A DNA stretch of 61,656 nt, the filler included, from Chiloscyllium plagiosum (Eukaryota): NCBI RefSeq assembly GCF_004010195.1. It is 5 parts of one record of this genome, joined end to end, with 100 filler letters (N's around TTAATTAATTAA, not from the genome) between each part and the next. Parts side by side here need not be neighbours in the genome. Positions count along the whole stretch, not along the records: positions 44,560 to 54,505 come from NC_057710.1; positions 54,606 to 61,656 come from NC_057710.1; 3 more parts are not named here. The stretch is one strand, 5' to 3'. The notes below the pieces were generated by a model that was not told where the DNA came from, searched no databases, and saw only the letters and a program-made list of their open reading frames with translations. The position numbers and the translations under genes are program-made. Positions 50,721-61,656 of this stretch are shown here, one piece after another (position 1 is the stretch's first letter; each line of letters begins with the position of its first letter).

Positions 50721-51070
50721 TAGTGATTTTCGAGAAGATTTGTAGCTCAGAATAATGATACATATGTAAGTTAACTCGCACAGCTAAAAGGTGTTTTTCA
50801 GATGTTTCGTCACCATACTAGGTAACATCATCAGTGAGAGTTTCTGGTGAAGTGCTGGTGGTGTGTCCTGCCTCTCTATTTATAGGTCTTGGTTTCTTAA
50901 GCTGGGTGATGTCATTTCCAGTTTTTTTTTTCAAGGGATGGTAGATTGATTTAAATCCTATGTGTTTATTGATGGAGTTCTGGTTAGAATTGCATGCCTC
51001 TAAGAATTCCCGTGCATGTTTTTGTTTCGCCTGTCCTAGGATGTGTGTGTTGTCCGAGTTAAAGTGGTGC
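50721..51070 (-). mobile_element. PLE 3' fragment (family B): GIY-YIG C-terminus, 3' UTR and hammerhead
   Basis: HHFNSDNTHILGQAKQKHAREFLEA..NQNSINKH is a Penelope-type endonuclease C-terminus. Confidence 0.85.
50798..50837 (-). ncRNA. Minimal hammerhead ribozyme motif (PLE family B)
   Basis: Minus strand TCA CTGATGA T GTTACC TAGTAT GGTGAC GAAA CATC TGA. Confidence 0.7.
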
Positions 51071-51550
51071 CCGATAAAATTCCCGATTACGACTTGCAAA
51101 ACAAAACGTCTTATCTCTAAATCAGGCAGCTTTCATTCTTCTCAGTATTTCGGTCTTCGGCATTCTGCTTCACATGTTACTGATCGATAAAGGTGCCTTT
51201 TAAGAGAGCTGTTTACTGGGCAGGGTGTAGATGTCATTAGCTTGGGAGCTCTCCTCCTAACTGATCAATTTTCCCCAGTCTTCTACCCCCAAAGCATCAG
51301 ATTGTGTCATTGGCTTTTACGATGGTCAATATACTAACTTCAAACTGGATTGGAGTTTGGTATATTTTTGGGGTATAATTTAAACTGATTGGCCTAATTT
51401 GAATCTGTTTTGTCATTTCCAGGCAACCAGCTAATCAAGTTGTTCCACCAAATGTTACATTATATGTTTTTTAAGAACACTTGGTTTTGTCAGGTAGTTC
51501 TGTTGCTTTTAACTCTCTTAAAGGTACAGTACACACACATCTTTATAATA
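51071..51550 (-). mobile_element. 3' LTR (truncated) of a Gypsy element
   Basis: Aligns with 50105-50580; polypurine tract AGGAGGGAGG (minus strand, 51551-51560) abuts it. Confidence 0.85.
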
Positions 51551-54505
51551 CCTCCCTCCTTAAGAAAAAATTGAACGATCATAATGACAAGATGGCTTCA
51601 TTTTTTTTCTCTACTTTTTAAACACATTACCCTAACATACAGATAACATTAATATAAGTTCACCTTAAATTCTTTCCATATACGTGTATAGATATAACAT
51701 TAAATAAAGACAAATCTCATCTAAACTCTTGCAGTAAAATCCACGAGAACGCATCTGTGATTACATTCTTCCAATCCACACCATGTATGATTTTTAAATT
51801 AAAAGTCTGTAAGATAAGACTCCAACAAAATAGTCGCATATTCTTGTTTTTAAAGCGTGCTAAGAATGTAAGAGGATTATGATCCATGTACACAACCATC
51901 TCCGACACACTGTTTGTGACATACACATTACCATGTTGGAAGGCCAGGACCAAACTCGATCGCTCCCTTTCAGTTCTGGAGGATTTCCTTTGGTGAGTGT
52001 TGATCTTCCTCGAAAAGTAACCACCTGGTAGTTCAATCCCATCCTCATTTTCCTGGAGGAGTACAGCTCCAACTCCACTGTCACTAGCATCGATGACGAC
52101 TTTAAAAGGTTTTGAAAAGTTTGGTGTAGCTAAAACTGGTTTGGTGGTTAATATCGATTCCAAATGGTTGAATGCCTCCTGGCATGGTTCTGTCCACCGA
52201 AACTTTGTGTTCTTCTTCAGCAAATCAGGTAACAGTGCCACTACACTGCTGAAGTTGGGAACAAACTTCCAATAGAATCCGCTGAGTCCGAAGAATCGAA
52301 GCACCTCTTTCTTCAAGGTTGGTCATGAAAATTCCTCGATGGCCTTCATCTTTGCATTCCGTGGGGTCAACTTTCCATGACTGATGTTACGTCCCAAGAA
52401 CGTCACCGCTGCTTTCGCAAATTCCGTTTTGAGTTTATCACCAGTTTTGTTTCTCGTAGTCGTTCAAAAAGCTCTGCCAACTGTACCATGTGATCTTTCC
52501 AGGACTTACTAAAGATCACTACATCGTCCAAATAGACTGCACAGTTTGTTAACCCAGCCACAACTCTGTTCATGAGCCTTTGGAATGTGGCGGGCACGTT
52601 CTTCATTCCAAAACTCATCATGTTAAACTGATATAGCCCATGTGGGGTTACAAACGCAGAAACTTCTTTCACCATCTCTGATGTACGTACCTGTCAGTAA
52701 TCACGCATTAAATCCAACTTGGTGTCATAACTGGCTTGTCCGACTTTCTCGATACAGTCCTCCAATCTAGGAATTGGATATGAGCCTGATTTTGTGACGG
52801 CGTTGACCTTCCGATAATCCACGCAGAATGGTTGAGTCCCGTCCAGTTTTGGAATTAAAACGATCGGCAAACTCCACTTGCTGTGGTTTGGTTCGATGAT
52901 GTTCTCGTCGGGCATGGCCTCCACCTCCATCTGAGCCTGTCTGGCTTTGAGAGGATTAAGCCGATAGGGGTGTTGTTTTATCGGAGCAGTATTCCCTATG
53001 TCTACTTCATCTACAATAGCATCAGTCCTCCCCATCTGATATTTGTCCTTATACTGCAGTAACAAATCCTTCAACTGCGTTCTACGTGCCTGAGACAGAT
53101 AGCTTGCTAACCTATCCCACTCTATGAAGATTTCTTCATTATTTAATCTATTTTGAAGCGCATTAAAATCCACATCATCTGGATTTGATTCCTCACTCTG
53201 CAGGGCAGTCACTAACACCTGTTTCTCCAGTTCTTTCTCTCTAGTATAATACGGTTTCAACATGTTCACATGACACACTCGATACCTTTTCCCAGCTGGC
53301 ATCTTTACTAGATAGTTCACCTGACTCACCGTTTTCTCAATTTGATAGGGATCCACTAAACCTGACTTTGAAGGGATCTGTTATCACTTGTAACAGTGCT
53401 AACACGTCATCTCCTCGGAAAACGTCTTGAGTCTCAGCTTTAATCTGCCACCTGCTTCATTCTACACTGTGCCCTCTTTAGGTACTGTTTAGCTAACTCA
53501 CCTACTCAATTTAGTCTCTTCCCTCAACGCCAATACATAATCTAAGTGTGAGCTCTCCGACTTTGGTCCTGTCAATTTTTCTTTAATTAATTTCAAAGGG
53601 CCTCTCGCTTCATGACCGAATATTAACTCAAAAGAAGTGAACTGAGTAGATGCGTTTAGGGCATCTCTAGTGGCAAACAATACAAATGGATACCTTAATC
53701 CTAATCATTCAGGTAATGCTGTCAATGTGGTCTTCAAGGTCTGATGACACCTTTCCAAAGCTCCCTGGGATTCAGCATGATATGCACTGCATTTTAAGTG
53801 CTGTATACCTAAGCTATCCATAACCTCCTAGCAGTAAAATTTGAAATTCCGACTGAATCTCTCTGGGTAGCCCATACTGTGTGAAGAAAGCTCCTAACTC
53901 CCCTCCTACCCTTTTTGCCTTTGTCTCTGGAAATCTGGTAGATGCATCCATTCTGGTTAACAAATACTGGTTCCCACTTTTAGTTCTCTGGAGGGGACCC
54001 TACACAATCAATTGTAACCTATGTGAAAGGTTCTTCAAATGTGGGAATTGGCAACAATGGGGCTGGTTTTATTGCGCTTGTGGCTTACCCACCATTTGGC
54101 ATATATGACACGTTTGGCAAAAGTTAACCACATCCTTGTGCATTCCAGGCCAATAAAAATGTTTTTGGATCTTAGCCTGAGTCTTTGGTACCCTAGGTGA
54201 CCTCCTACAGGTAGTTCATGTGCTACCCATAACACCATCTGCCTGTATGCTACCGGCAACACAATCTGGTGCACTTTAGCCCATTTCTCCTCTGCACTAA
54301 CCTGCCGTGGTCTGCATTTCCATCTTAGGATTCAATCTTACAGGTAATAACCCTCCAGATTATTCTCTGCCTCCTTTTCGGAGTATGCATCCACCTATAT
54401 ATATCTTTTATTGTCTTGTCTTGCTGTTGCAAGTCTTTTGGCCTTTCAGGACTGAACACTTCTGTCTGACCCTCTGCCTGTTCAGGTTTTTCCTGCACCA
54501 TTACG
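51551..54505 (-). mobile_element. Ty3/Gypsy LTR retrotransposon pol pseudogene, Gmr1-type order INT-RT-RNase H
   Basis: In 5'-3' order: AHELPVGGHLG (integrase Zn finger), FELIFGHEARGP, DPYQIEK..VNYLV..HVNMLKPY (GPY/F), PIKQHPYRLNP..FCVDYRKVN, GMKNVPATFQR..YLDDVVI (RT), IDASDSGVGAVLLQ..DHNPL (RNase H). Confidence 0.92.
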
Positions 54506-54605
54506 NNNNNNNNNNNNNNNNNNNNNNNNNNNNNNNNNNNNNNNNNNNNTTAATTAATTAANNNNNNNNNNNNNNNNNNNNNNNNNNNNNNNNNNNNNNN
54601 NNNNN
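54506..54605. other. Assembly gap spacer
   Basis: N-run / TTAATTAATTAA / N-run. Confidence 0.95.
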
Positions 54606-56434
54606 CGTTTGGAGGTGGGGGAAATGACGGCGGATGATAAGATGTATCTGGAGGTTGGTGGGGTGGTACGCGAGGACCAGTAGAGTTCTGTCCTGGTGGC
54701 GATTGGAGGGGCGGGGTTCAAAGACGGAGGAGCGGGAATTGGAGGAGATGCGGTGGAGAGCATCGTCAAACACGTCTGAGGGGAAATTGTGGTATTTGAA
54801 GGAGGAGGCCATCTGGGTGTTTCAGTATTGGAATTTGTCCACCTGGGAGCAGATGCGGCGAAGGGACGGAGGAGCGGGAATTGGAGGAGATGCGGTGGAG
54901 AGCATCGTCAAACACGTCTGAGGGGAAATTGTGGTATTTGAAGGAGGAGGCCATCTGGGTGTTTCAGTATTGGAATTTGTCCACCTGGGAGCAGATGCGG
55001 CGAAGGCGAAGGAATTAGGAATATAGGATGGCATTTTTACTGGGGGCAGGGTGGGAGGTGGTGTAATCTAGGTAGCTGAGGGAGTCAGTCGGTTTGTCGT
55101 AAACGTCCGTGTTGCGTCGGTCGTCCGAGATAGAAATGGAGAGGTCTAGGGAGGGGAGGAAGGAGTCTGAGACGGTCCAGGTAAATTTGAGGACGCGATG
55201 GAAGATGTTGATAAAGTGGATGAACTGTTCAACCTCCTCGTGGGAGCACGAGGTAGCGCTGATAGAGTCATCAATGTCGCGGAGGAAAAGGTGGGGCGTG
55301 GTGCCAGTGTAGATGCGGAAGATGGACTGTTCCACATATCCAACAAAGAGGCAAGCATAGCTGGGGGGCATGCGGGTGCCCATGGCTACTCCTTTGGTTT
55401 GGAGGAAGTGGGAGAATTGGAAAGAGCCGATGTTCAGAGTGAGGGCCAGTTCAGTCAGTCGAAGGAGGCTGTTCCACATATCCAACAAATAGGCAAGCAT
55501 AGCTGGGGGGCATGCGGGTGCCCATGGCTACTCCTTTGGTTTGGAGGAAGTGGGAGAATTGGAAAGAGTAGATGTTCAGAGTGAGGGCCAGTTCAGTCAG
55601 TCGAAGGAGGGTGTCAGTGGAAGGGTAATGGTTGGGACGGCGGATGAAAGGAAGAAGCGGAGGGCTTTGAGGCCTTCGTGATGGGGATGTAGGTGTATAG
55701 GGACTGGATGTCCATGGTGAAGATAAGGCCTTGGGGACCGGGGAGCGAAAATCATGGAAGAGATGGAGTGGTAGGTGGTGGGTTCTTGGACTAAGGGGGA
55801 CAGGACCGTGTCAAGGTATGCAGAAATGAGTTCGGTGAGGCAGGAGCAGGCTGAGACAATGGTATGGCCAGGGCAGTCGGGTTTGTGCATTTTGGGCAGG
55901 AGGTAGAAACGGTCGATGCGGGATTGTGGGACTATGAGGTTAGAGGCAGTGGATGGGAGATCCCCTGAATTGATGAGGTTATGGATGGTCTGGGAGATGA
56001 TGGTTTGGTGGTGTGAGGTGGAGTCATGGTCAAGGGGACAGAAGGATGAGGTGCCTGTGAGCTGGCGTTTAGCCCCAGCAATTTAAAAATCGGTGCGCCA
56101 AACTACCACCGTGCCTCCCTTGTCTGCCGGTTTGATTGTGAGGTTGGGATTGCAGAGGAGGGAGTGGAGGGCTGCACATTGCGAGGGTGAGGGGTTGGAG
56201 TGGGTGAGAGGGGTGGACAGGTTGAGGGGTTAATGTCACGGCGGCAGTTGGCTATGAAGAGATTGAAGGTGGGTAAGAGGAGGGGGGTGGAGAGGTTGAG
56301 GCGGTTAATGTCACAGTGGCAGTTGGCTATGAAGAGATCGAGGGCGGGTAAGAGGCCAACACGCGGTGTCCAGGTAGATGGGGTGTATTGGAGGCGGGAG
56401 AAGGGGTCGTCAGAGGGTGGGCGAGAATCCTGGC
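54606..56434 (-). mobile_element. Penelope-like element RT region (related to 29695-31162) with internal tandem duplications
   Basis: HKPDCPGHTIVSACSC, LQTKGVAMGTRMPPSYACLFVGYVE, FLRDIDD, LKFTW, TDVYDKPTDS. Confidence 0.92.
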
Positions 56435-56790
56435 TGAAGAAGCAAAGTGTCAGAACCCAAAATCATATGACACCAGGTTATAATCCAACAGGTTCATTCG
56501 AAATCACAGGCTTTTGAAGCAGGTGCCCCTTCGTGCAAGAGGAGACACACAGGCACAGAATTTATAATGAAGAAGCAAAGTGTCAGAACCCAAAATCATA
56601 TGACACCAGGATATAATCCAACAGGTTTATTTGAAATCACAGGCTTTTGAAGCAGTGCCCCTTCGTGCAAGAGGAGACACACAGGCACAGAATTTATAAT
56701 CAGAGAAAGCAAAAGATCATACAAGCGGAGTGTTGACAGGCCGAACAATAAATCTCTGCAGGTGATCAAGAGTGTCAGATGGGATTGTTT
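56435..56790 (-). mobile_element. PLE-like terminal fragment (family C) with a 133-bp tandem duplication
   Basis: TGAAGAAGCAAAGTGTCAG starts at 56435 and 56568; similar to 40040-40115. Confidence 0.55.
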
Positions 56791-56827
56791 TGCTCATGGG
56801 CTGAGAGGGAGCCAGGTTTTTATTTTT

Positions 56828-57145
56828 GAATCCCTACAGTGTAGAAACAGGCCCTTTGGCCCAACAAGTCCACACCAACCCTTCGAAGAGTAACCCACCC
56901 AGACCCATTCCCCTACGTTTATCCCCAACTAATGCACCTAACACTATGGGTAATTTAACATGACCAGTTCACCTGACCTGCACTTCTTTGGACTGTGGGA
57001 GGAAACCGGAGCACCCGGAGGAAACCCACGCAGACACGGGGACAATGTACAAACTCCACATAGAGAGTCGCCTGAGGCGGGAAGTGACCTCGGGTCCCTG
57101 GCGCTGTGAGGCAGCAGTGTAATCACTGTGCCACTGTGCCACCCT
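56828..57145 (-). mobile_element. HE1-type SINE
   Basis: Reverse complement of the HE1 body and tail. Confidence 0.9.
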
Positions 57146-57199
57146 ATGTGGGTGATGAAAGTGGATGGCATGGCTTTTATCTTTGTTGAAGGTGGGGAG

Positions 57200-58290
57200 A
57201 TGCTCCGAATGAATGACTAGACATTTCTCTGAAATTTGATCACAAATTTGATCCTCTCACCTGATTGTTTGGTGCCAACACCATGTTTGCCTTTTTGTGT
57301 GTTTACTTCTACCCACCTGCCTGCATTTGATGATGCTCCCAAGATATTGTCTTTCCTCGCTGTTATACATGATTCCTTTCAGACTCTTTTGCTCAAACTT
57401 TAATTCCTAATGTCATTTCAGCTGCTCTCCCATCTGAATTATTTGTCAGGGTCCTGTCCCCAATGCAGTCCGGTTTGAATCCACCTCAACAGCATTGGCA
57501 AAACTCCCATCCAAGTGAGGGACCGCTAGAAAGAGATCCCTTCATGGTCACATGTAACAAATCCAATTGTTCCCACCTCCCCAGAAACAGTCCCAATGCC
57601 TCCGAAATATAAAGTCCTCCCTCCTGTGCCATTTCTTTTGTCATGCTTTCATCTGCCCTATACTTTTACTCCAATACTCACCTCTGTACAGTACCAGGAG
57701 AAATCTACAGGTTACTACCTTTAAAGTCTTGCTTTTCAATTTCCTATCTTACACCCTAAAGGACTTTGTTACTCTTTCTTCCCTTGCAATTGATTCCAGC
57801 CTGAACCATAACCTCTGGTTGTGAACCTTCTTCTTTAGGAAGCCCTGTTCCATGTCGGTTAAATGACATCCTTGAGACTGGCAACACACCATTCTGGAGT
57901 CATGTCTACAGCCATGATAGTGACTGCCTATTCCCCTCATGAGTGAGTTTCCTACTACTATTGCTTACTATTGACTGGAGGTTTTCCCTCACTACCTGTC
58001 TGTCCCCTTCCTCTTTCCAGCAGTCACTCACTCACTCCCCTCTCCGCCTGTACTTTCTGAGGCTGAAGGTGACAACATTCTGAAATGTGCCACCCATGAC
58101 CGTCTCAGCCTCGTGAATGCTGCGTAGTGTCCACAAGCTGCCAGTCAAATTCCAAAACCTAGAGCTGGAGTAGATCAAGTCAGGGACATCGCCTGGAACC
58201 CACAGTAATTCAGACCATTGAGAATATCTAGGATTTCCCACAGAGTGCAGAGTGTGCACCCCAGACATATCTTAACTATAATATGGACCC
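57200..58290 (-). mobile_element. Old CR1 ORF1 (esterase) remnant
   Basis: RGIGSH..GCR.DSRMVCC parallels RGTDRHFCG..KSRMVCC in the 45-kb ORF1. Confidence 0.55.
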
Positions 58291-58341
58291 TTGCTGTTTA
58301 GTTTACCCTTACTCATGCTGAAGTATAGACTAGAAACATCA

Positions 58342-59745
58342 CTTTTTTTGCAAAAATATACTTTATTCATCAAAAAAGAAATCCTTACATACATACACAG
58401 TTACTAAAGCAGTTCAGATTTATACATTTTTTACATACGGTGAAGAAAACAAACTTTGGGGTTTGACTTTCTTGATAGTTGCAACTAATGTGACAATTTT
58501 GGTAGGTATTAGGAACTATTTACATCTATCTGAGGCTCAGAAGGGTCCAATAACTGAATGGACCCCTACTGCACATTGGCAGAGAGATCTCAGACAGTGG
58601 TCTTTCCCCACTGCACCTTGGTGGATGCTGCCCCAGGCTTTAGTATGCCCCTCAGCACGTCGTCCTGGACCTTGGTATGTGCCAGTCTCCAACACTTGGT
58701 CGGGGTCCACTCTTTCATTTGGAAGACTAGCAAGTTTCGGGCAGACCAAAGAACATCTTTCACTGAGTTGCTGGTCTTCCAGGCGCAGTCTGGATTCTGA
58801 AAGTCCTGAAACCAGAAACCAGACCGTAGAGCAGAGTCCTGCATCACGGAGCAGCTTGGGACAAAAACCACTGTTGTCTGTCCAAGTTCCCTTCCCAGAA
58901 GGGGATATATAACCATCTGTACCCTGCCTCCCCCATAGCTACTTCGAGGGCAGTGTACGGTGGCACAGAGAGTCCGGGCATGCATGAAGAATCTCACAGA
59001 TAGTGCTCTTCTCACCTTCACAATGGCCACGTGGTGTCCTGGTGCTTGTTGGAAAGTTCTGGTAATGAGAGGTATTCTGCCAAATGACTTTGACAGCCTG
59101 CTCAGAGAACCACACGACAGGATCTACTCTCTCCTTTTCCCCATACGATCTTGAGGACATTATGTGCTGACCACTTCCTGATGGAGTTGTGATCAAAGGA
59201 AATTTTCTTTCCAAATTTTGCCACAAGGTACACGTGAGACGGAATGGTCCAGCTACTTGGAGCATTCTGTAGCAAGGAGGCCAGTCCTATCTTTTGCAAC
59301 ACCAGGGACAGGTAGAATCTCAGTACGTAGTGATACTTGGTGTTTACGTACCGAGGGTTGAAGCATTGCTTGACGCGGTTGCACACAAAGGTGGCCATCA
59401 GCATGAGGGTGGCGTTGTATACATTCTTTCCCCTGCGTCTAGTGCTTTATACATGGAGTACCTTCAGACATTGTCCATCTTCAACCTCTGAGTGAAATAG
59501 AAGATGGCTCAGGTGACTCCAGCAGTGCAGGCCTGGGGAATGGGCAAGTCCTTGCCATTTACAACAGAGAGAGTACCTTGCACTTGAAGACTGGGTTTTC
59601 ACCCCCCATGGAGAGGGACCAGTGTTCCTATCTGACCAGTTTCTGCCTCATCCCAGCCATATTCTCATCCCAAGAATTTCCGCATGCCCTGGACCCTCCC
59701 AATAATATTCCTAGCACTTTCAGGCAACCTGTCCTGACAGCGAAG
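58342..59745 (-). mobile_element. Tx1-clade (L1 group) LINE 3' portion
   Basis: KDVLWSARNLLVFQ..CWRLAH, CPRS..G knuckle remnant, LKVLGI; AATAAA near 58362-58367 and an A-tail on the minus strand. Confidence 0.8.
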
Positions 59746-61238
59746 GGTATAAAATATATTATTTTTGTTTATGTCCCGAGTCCCCCTCAGGTCTGCTGGA
59801 GTTCTTTCTGCCCATCTGTGCGGGTCTTCCCATCACCCCATCCTCTCAGTGATGTTGACTATCTATCTACCACGGTGCCCTCATCTTGCCCCACCTGTCT
59901 TTTGTCTGGTGTTCTCCAAAATGATTTGTTTTTCCCAGTTCCTTCAGGAAAAAGATTTGTTATTTGAAGTCGTATTTAGTCATGTGACCATGCCAACAAT
60001 GCTTCTAACGTCAACAAAATTATTCAAAGTTAGAAGCCATTACGACACAGTGGGAATAAATATTGATGTGTCAAACCCGCTCCTGATAAGTTATGTTCTT
60101 TCTGTAGTCTTTGGTTGAGATTTGGGATGGGAGAGAAGCACTAAAGTTAAGTTTTGGTGTCCATCTCAACAATGGGAAGTGCAAATTCACAAGTAATTTT
60201 TGTTTCCAGCCTGTTCAAGGGAAAGCAGTCCACACACAGATGTTTGCAGTTGGATTACTTTTCAGAACCATGCGATAGTTATTGCCTGAGTAGAAATCAC
60301 AAATAGGTCACCTGACCTTTGATAGACAATGTTTCAGTGACAATCTTTTTTTATGAACACAAGTTAATTTTAATGAGTTCATAATGAATTACATGAAAGT
60401 TGGAAAATTATATTTTTATTATAGCATGAGAACCTTTCAGAAATACTTGCTGCTTCTACTTTAGGAAGCAGGTAGGATCATTGCATGTACAAGATAGAGG
60501 AGCTAGAAGGGACTTGAAGACTTTTGTGTCTACCTGAACTCTAAAACTGTCCATGGTTTCCTTGGTTTAGCTTCTCATTTGAATTATAACAACTTTAGTA
60601 GTGTCATTCTTAATACATAGGCACAGATCATAAAGTCAAATTGCTCATTTAATAAAAAATCTCTATCTCACTCCTATTTATTTACTTATTGAAATACATT
60701 TATCCTTCAATAATGTAATCTGTGAGACTGGGTTTGAACATTAAAAATAGCTAAACCATGGAATAGAGAGCTTACTGCAACAATGAGTGAATATTATGAA
60801 CATGCTTTCATCTGCAACAAAGCTTGTTAAAATAGACTTAAATCCACAATGCTGGACCTTTCAATTAGGAAACAGCTCCTAAAATGGGCATTATATAATT
60901 TTGAGGCTTCATTACATTTTCGGATGTTGAAGCATGGAGCATTTTCCTTAATAACACATATCCCTTATCTCAGTATACTGTAACCACTCAATCATTACTG
61001 AACTGGAAACAGTAATCAGAGTTTTCTTTTGATCATTACATATTTGTTGTGCTTATATATTTTTTGGAAGCTTTTTCTTGTTTTCCTTTATTAATATTTA
61101 CTGTGCGTGATTACAATATGACCATTGTTTCAAATGATTGAAAACTAGTCATTATTAGCTCCTAGCTGAATCATTGATTTTCTTTTTATTGAATTAAGTT
61201 AGAGAATACATTTATAGGACAACACAGCTGGAAGTTAT

Positions 61239-61656
61239 CATAGAACATAGAACATAGAAGAATACAGCGCAGTACAGGCCCTTCGGCCCTCGATGTTGCG
61301 CCGATCCAAGCCCACCTAACCTACACTAGCCCACTATCCTCCATATGCCTATCCAATGCCCGCTTAAATGCCCATAATGAGGGAGAGTCCACCACTGCTA
61401 CTGGCAGGGCATTCCATGAACTCACGACTCGCTGAGTAAAGAACCTACCCCTAACATCTGTCCTATACCTACCCCCCCTTAATATTTAAAGCTATGCCCC
61501 CTTGTAATAGCTGACTCCATACGTAGCAAAAGATTCTCACTGTCGACCCTATCTAAACCCCTAATCATCTTGTACACCTCTATCAAGTAACCCCTACACC
61601 TTCTTTTCTCCAATGAAAACAACCCCAAGTGCCTCAGCCTCTCCTCATACGATCTT
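61239..61656 (-). mobile_element. CR1 3' end, same family as 12427-13157 (runs off the window)
   Basis: CATAGAACATAGAACATAGAAGAATACAGCGCAGTACAGGCCC is the reverse complement of 13115-13157. Confidence 0.92.

Noticed and set aside
49907..51550. Two LTRs as a small non-autonomous LTR element enclosing 50581-51070
   Set aside because: The first LTR has its own GTAG duplication, and the enclosed DNA is the continuation of the CR1 plus a PLE fragment.
11242..54605. TTAATTAATTAA motif recurring four times
   Set aside because: Always centred in N-runs of the same length; a synthetic stop-codon linker, not biology. ORFs ending XXXLIN are artefacts.
18818..57171. Recurrent small ORFs such as RKPEHPEETHADTGRMCKLHTDS and LCGVCTFSPCLRGFPP
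   Set aside because: Incidental translations of HE1 SINE copies.

Overview
Repeat-dense, AT-rich vertebrate genomic DNA, almost certainly from a shark: HE1-type tRNA-derived SINEs and CR1/HER1-type LINEs are abundant. The window has five segments joined by 100-bp N/TTAATTAATTAA spacers. I cannot confidently identify a host protein-coding gene; every ORF I can recognise comes from a decayed retroelement. These include CR1 LINEs (one with 5' UTR and esterase ORF1), L1, Tx1, L2 and RTE fragments, Penelope-like elements (PLEs), a solo LTR, and a Gypsy element with the unusual INT-RT-RH (Gmr1-type) order. The main signals are: (i) many minimal type-I hammerhead ribozyme motifs (CTGANGA-N-stem II-GAAA-palindromic 4-mer) at PLE 3' ends, from several distinct families; (ii) a ~2.8-kb near-perfect palindrome (18423-21259) whose apex is a 45-bp tandem hammerhead dimer and whose outer ends also lie in hammerhead-bearing PLE ends. 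The palindrome is either a real PLE/ribozyme-associated fold-back or transduction, or an assembly artefact. Repeat family names come from motif recognition, not a database search, and most boundaries are approximate.
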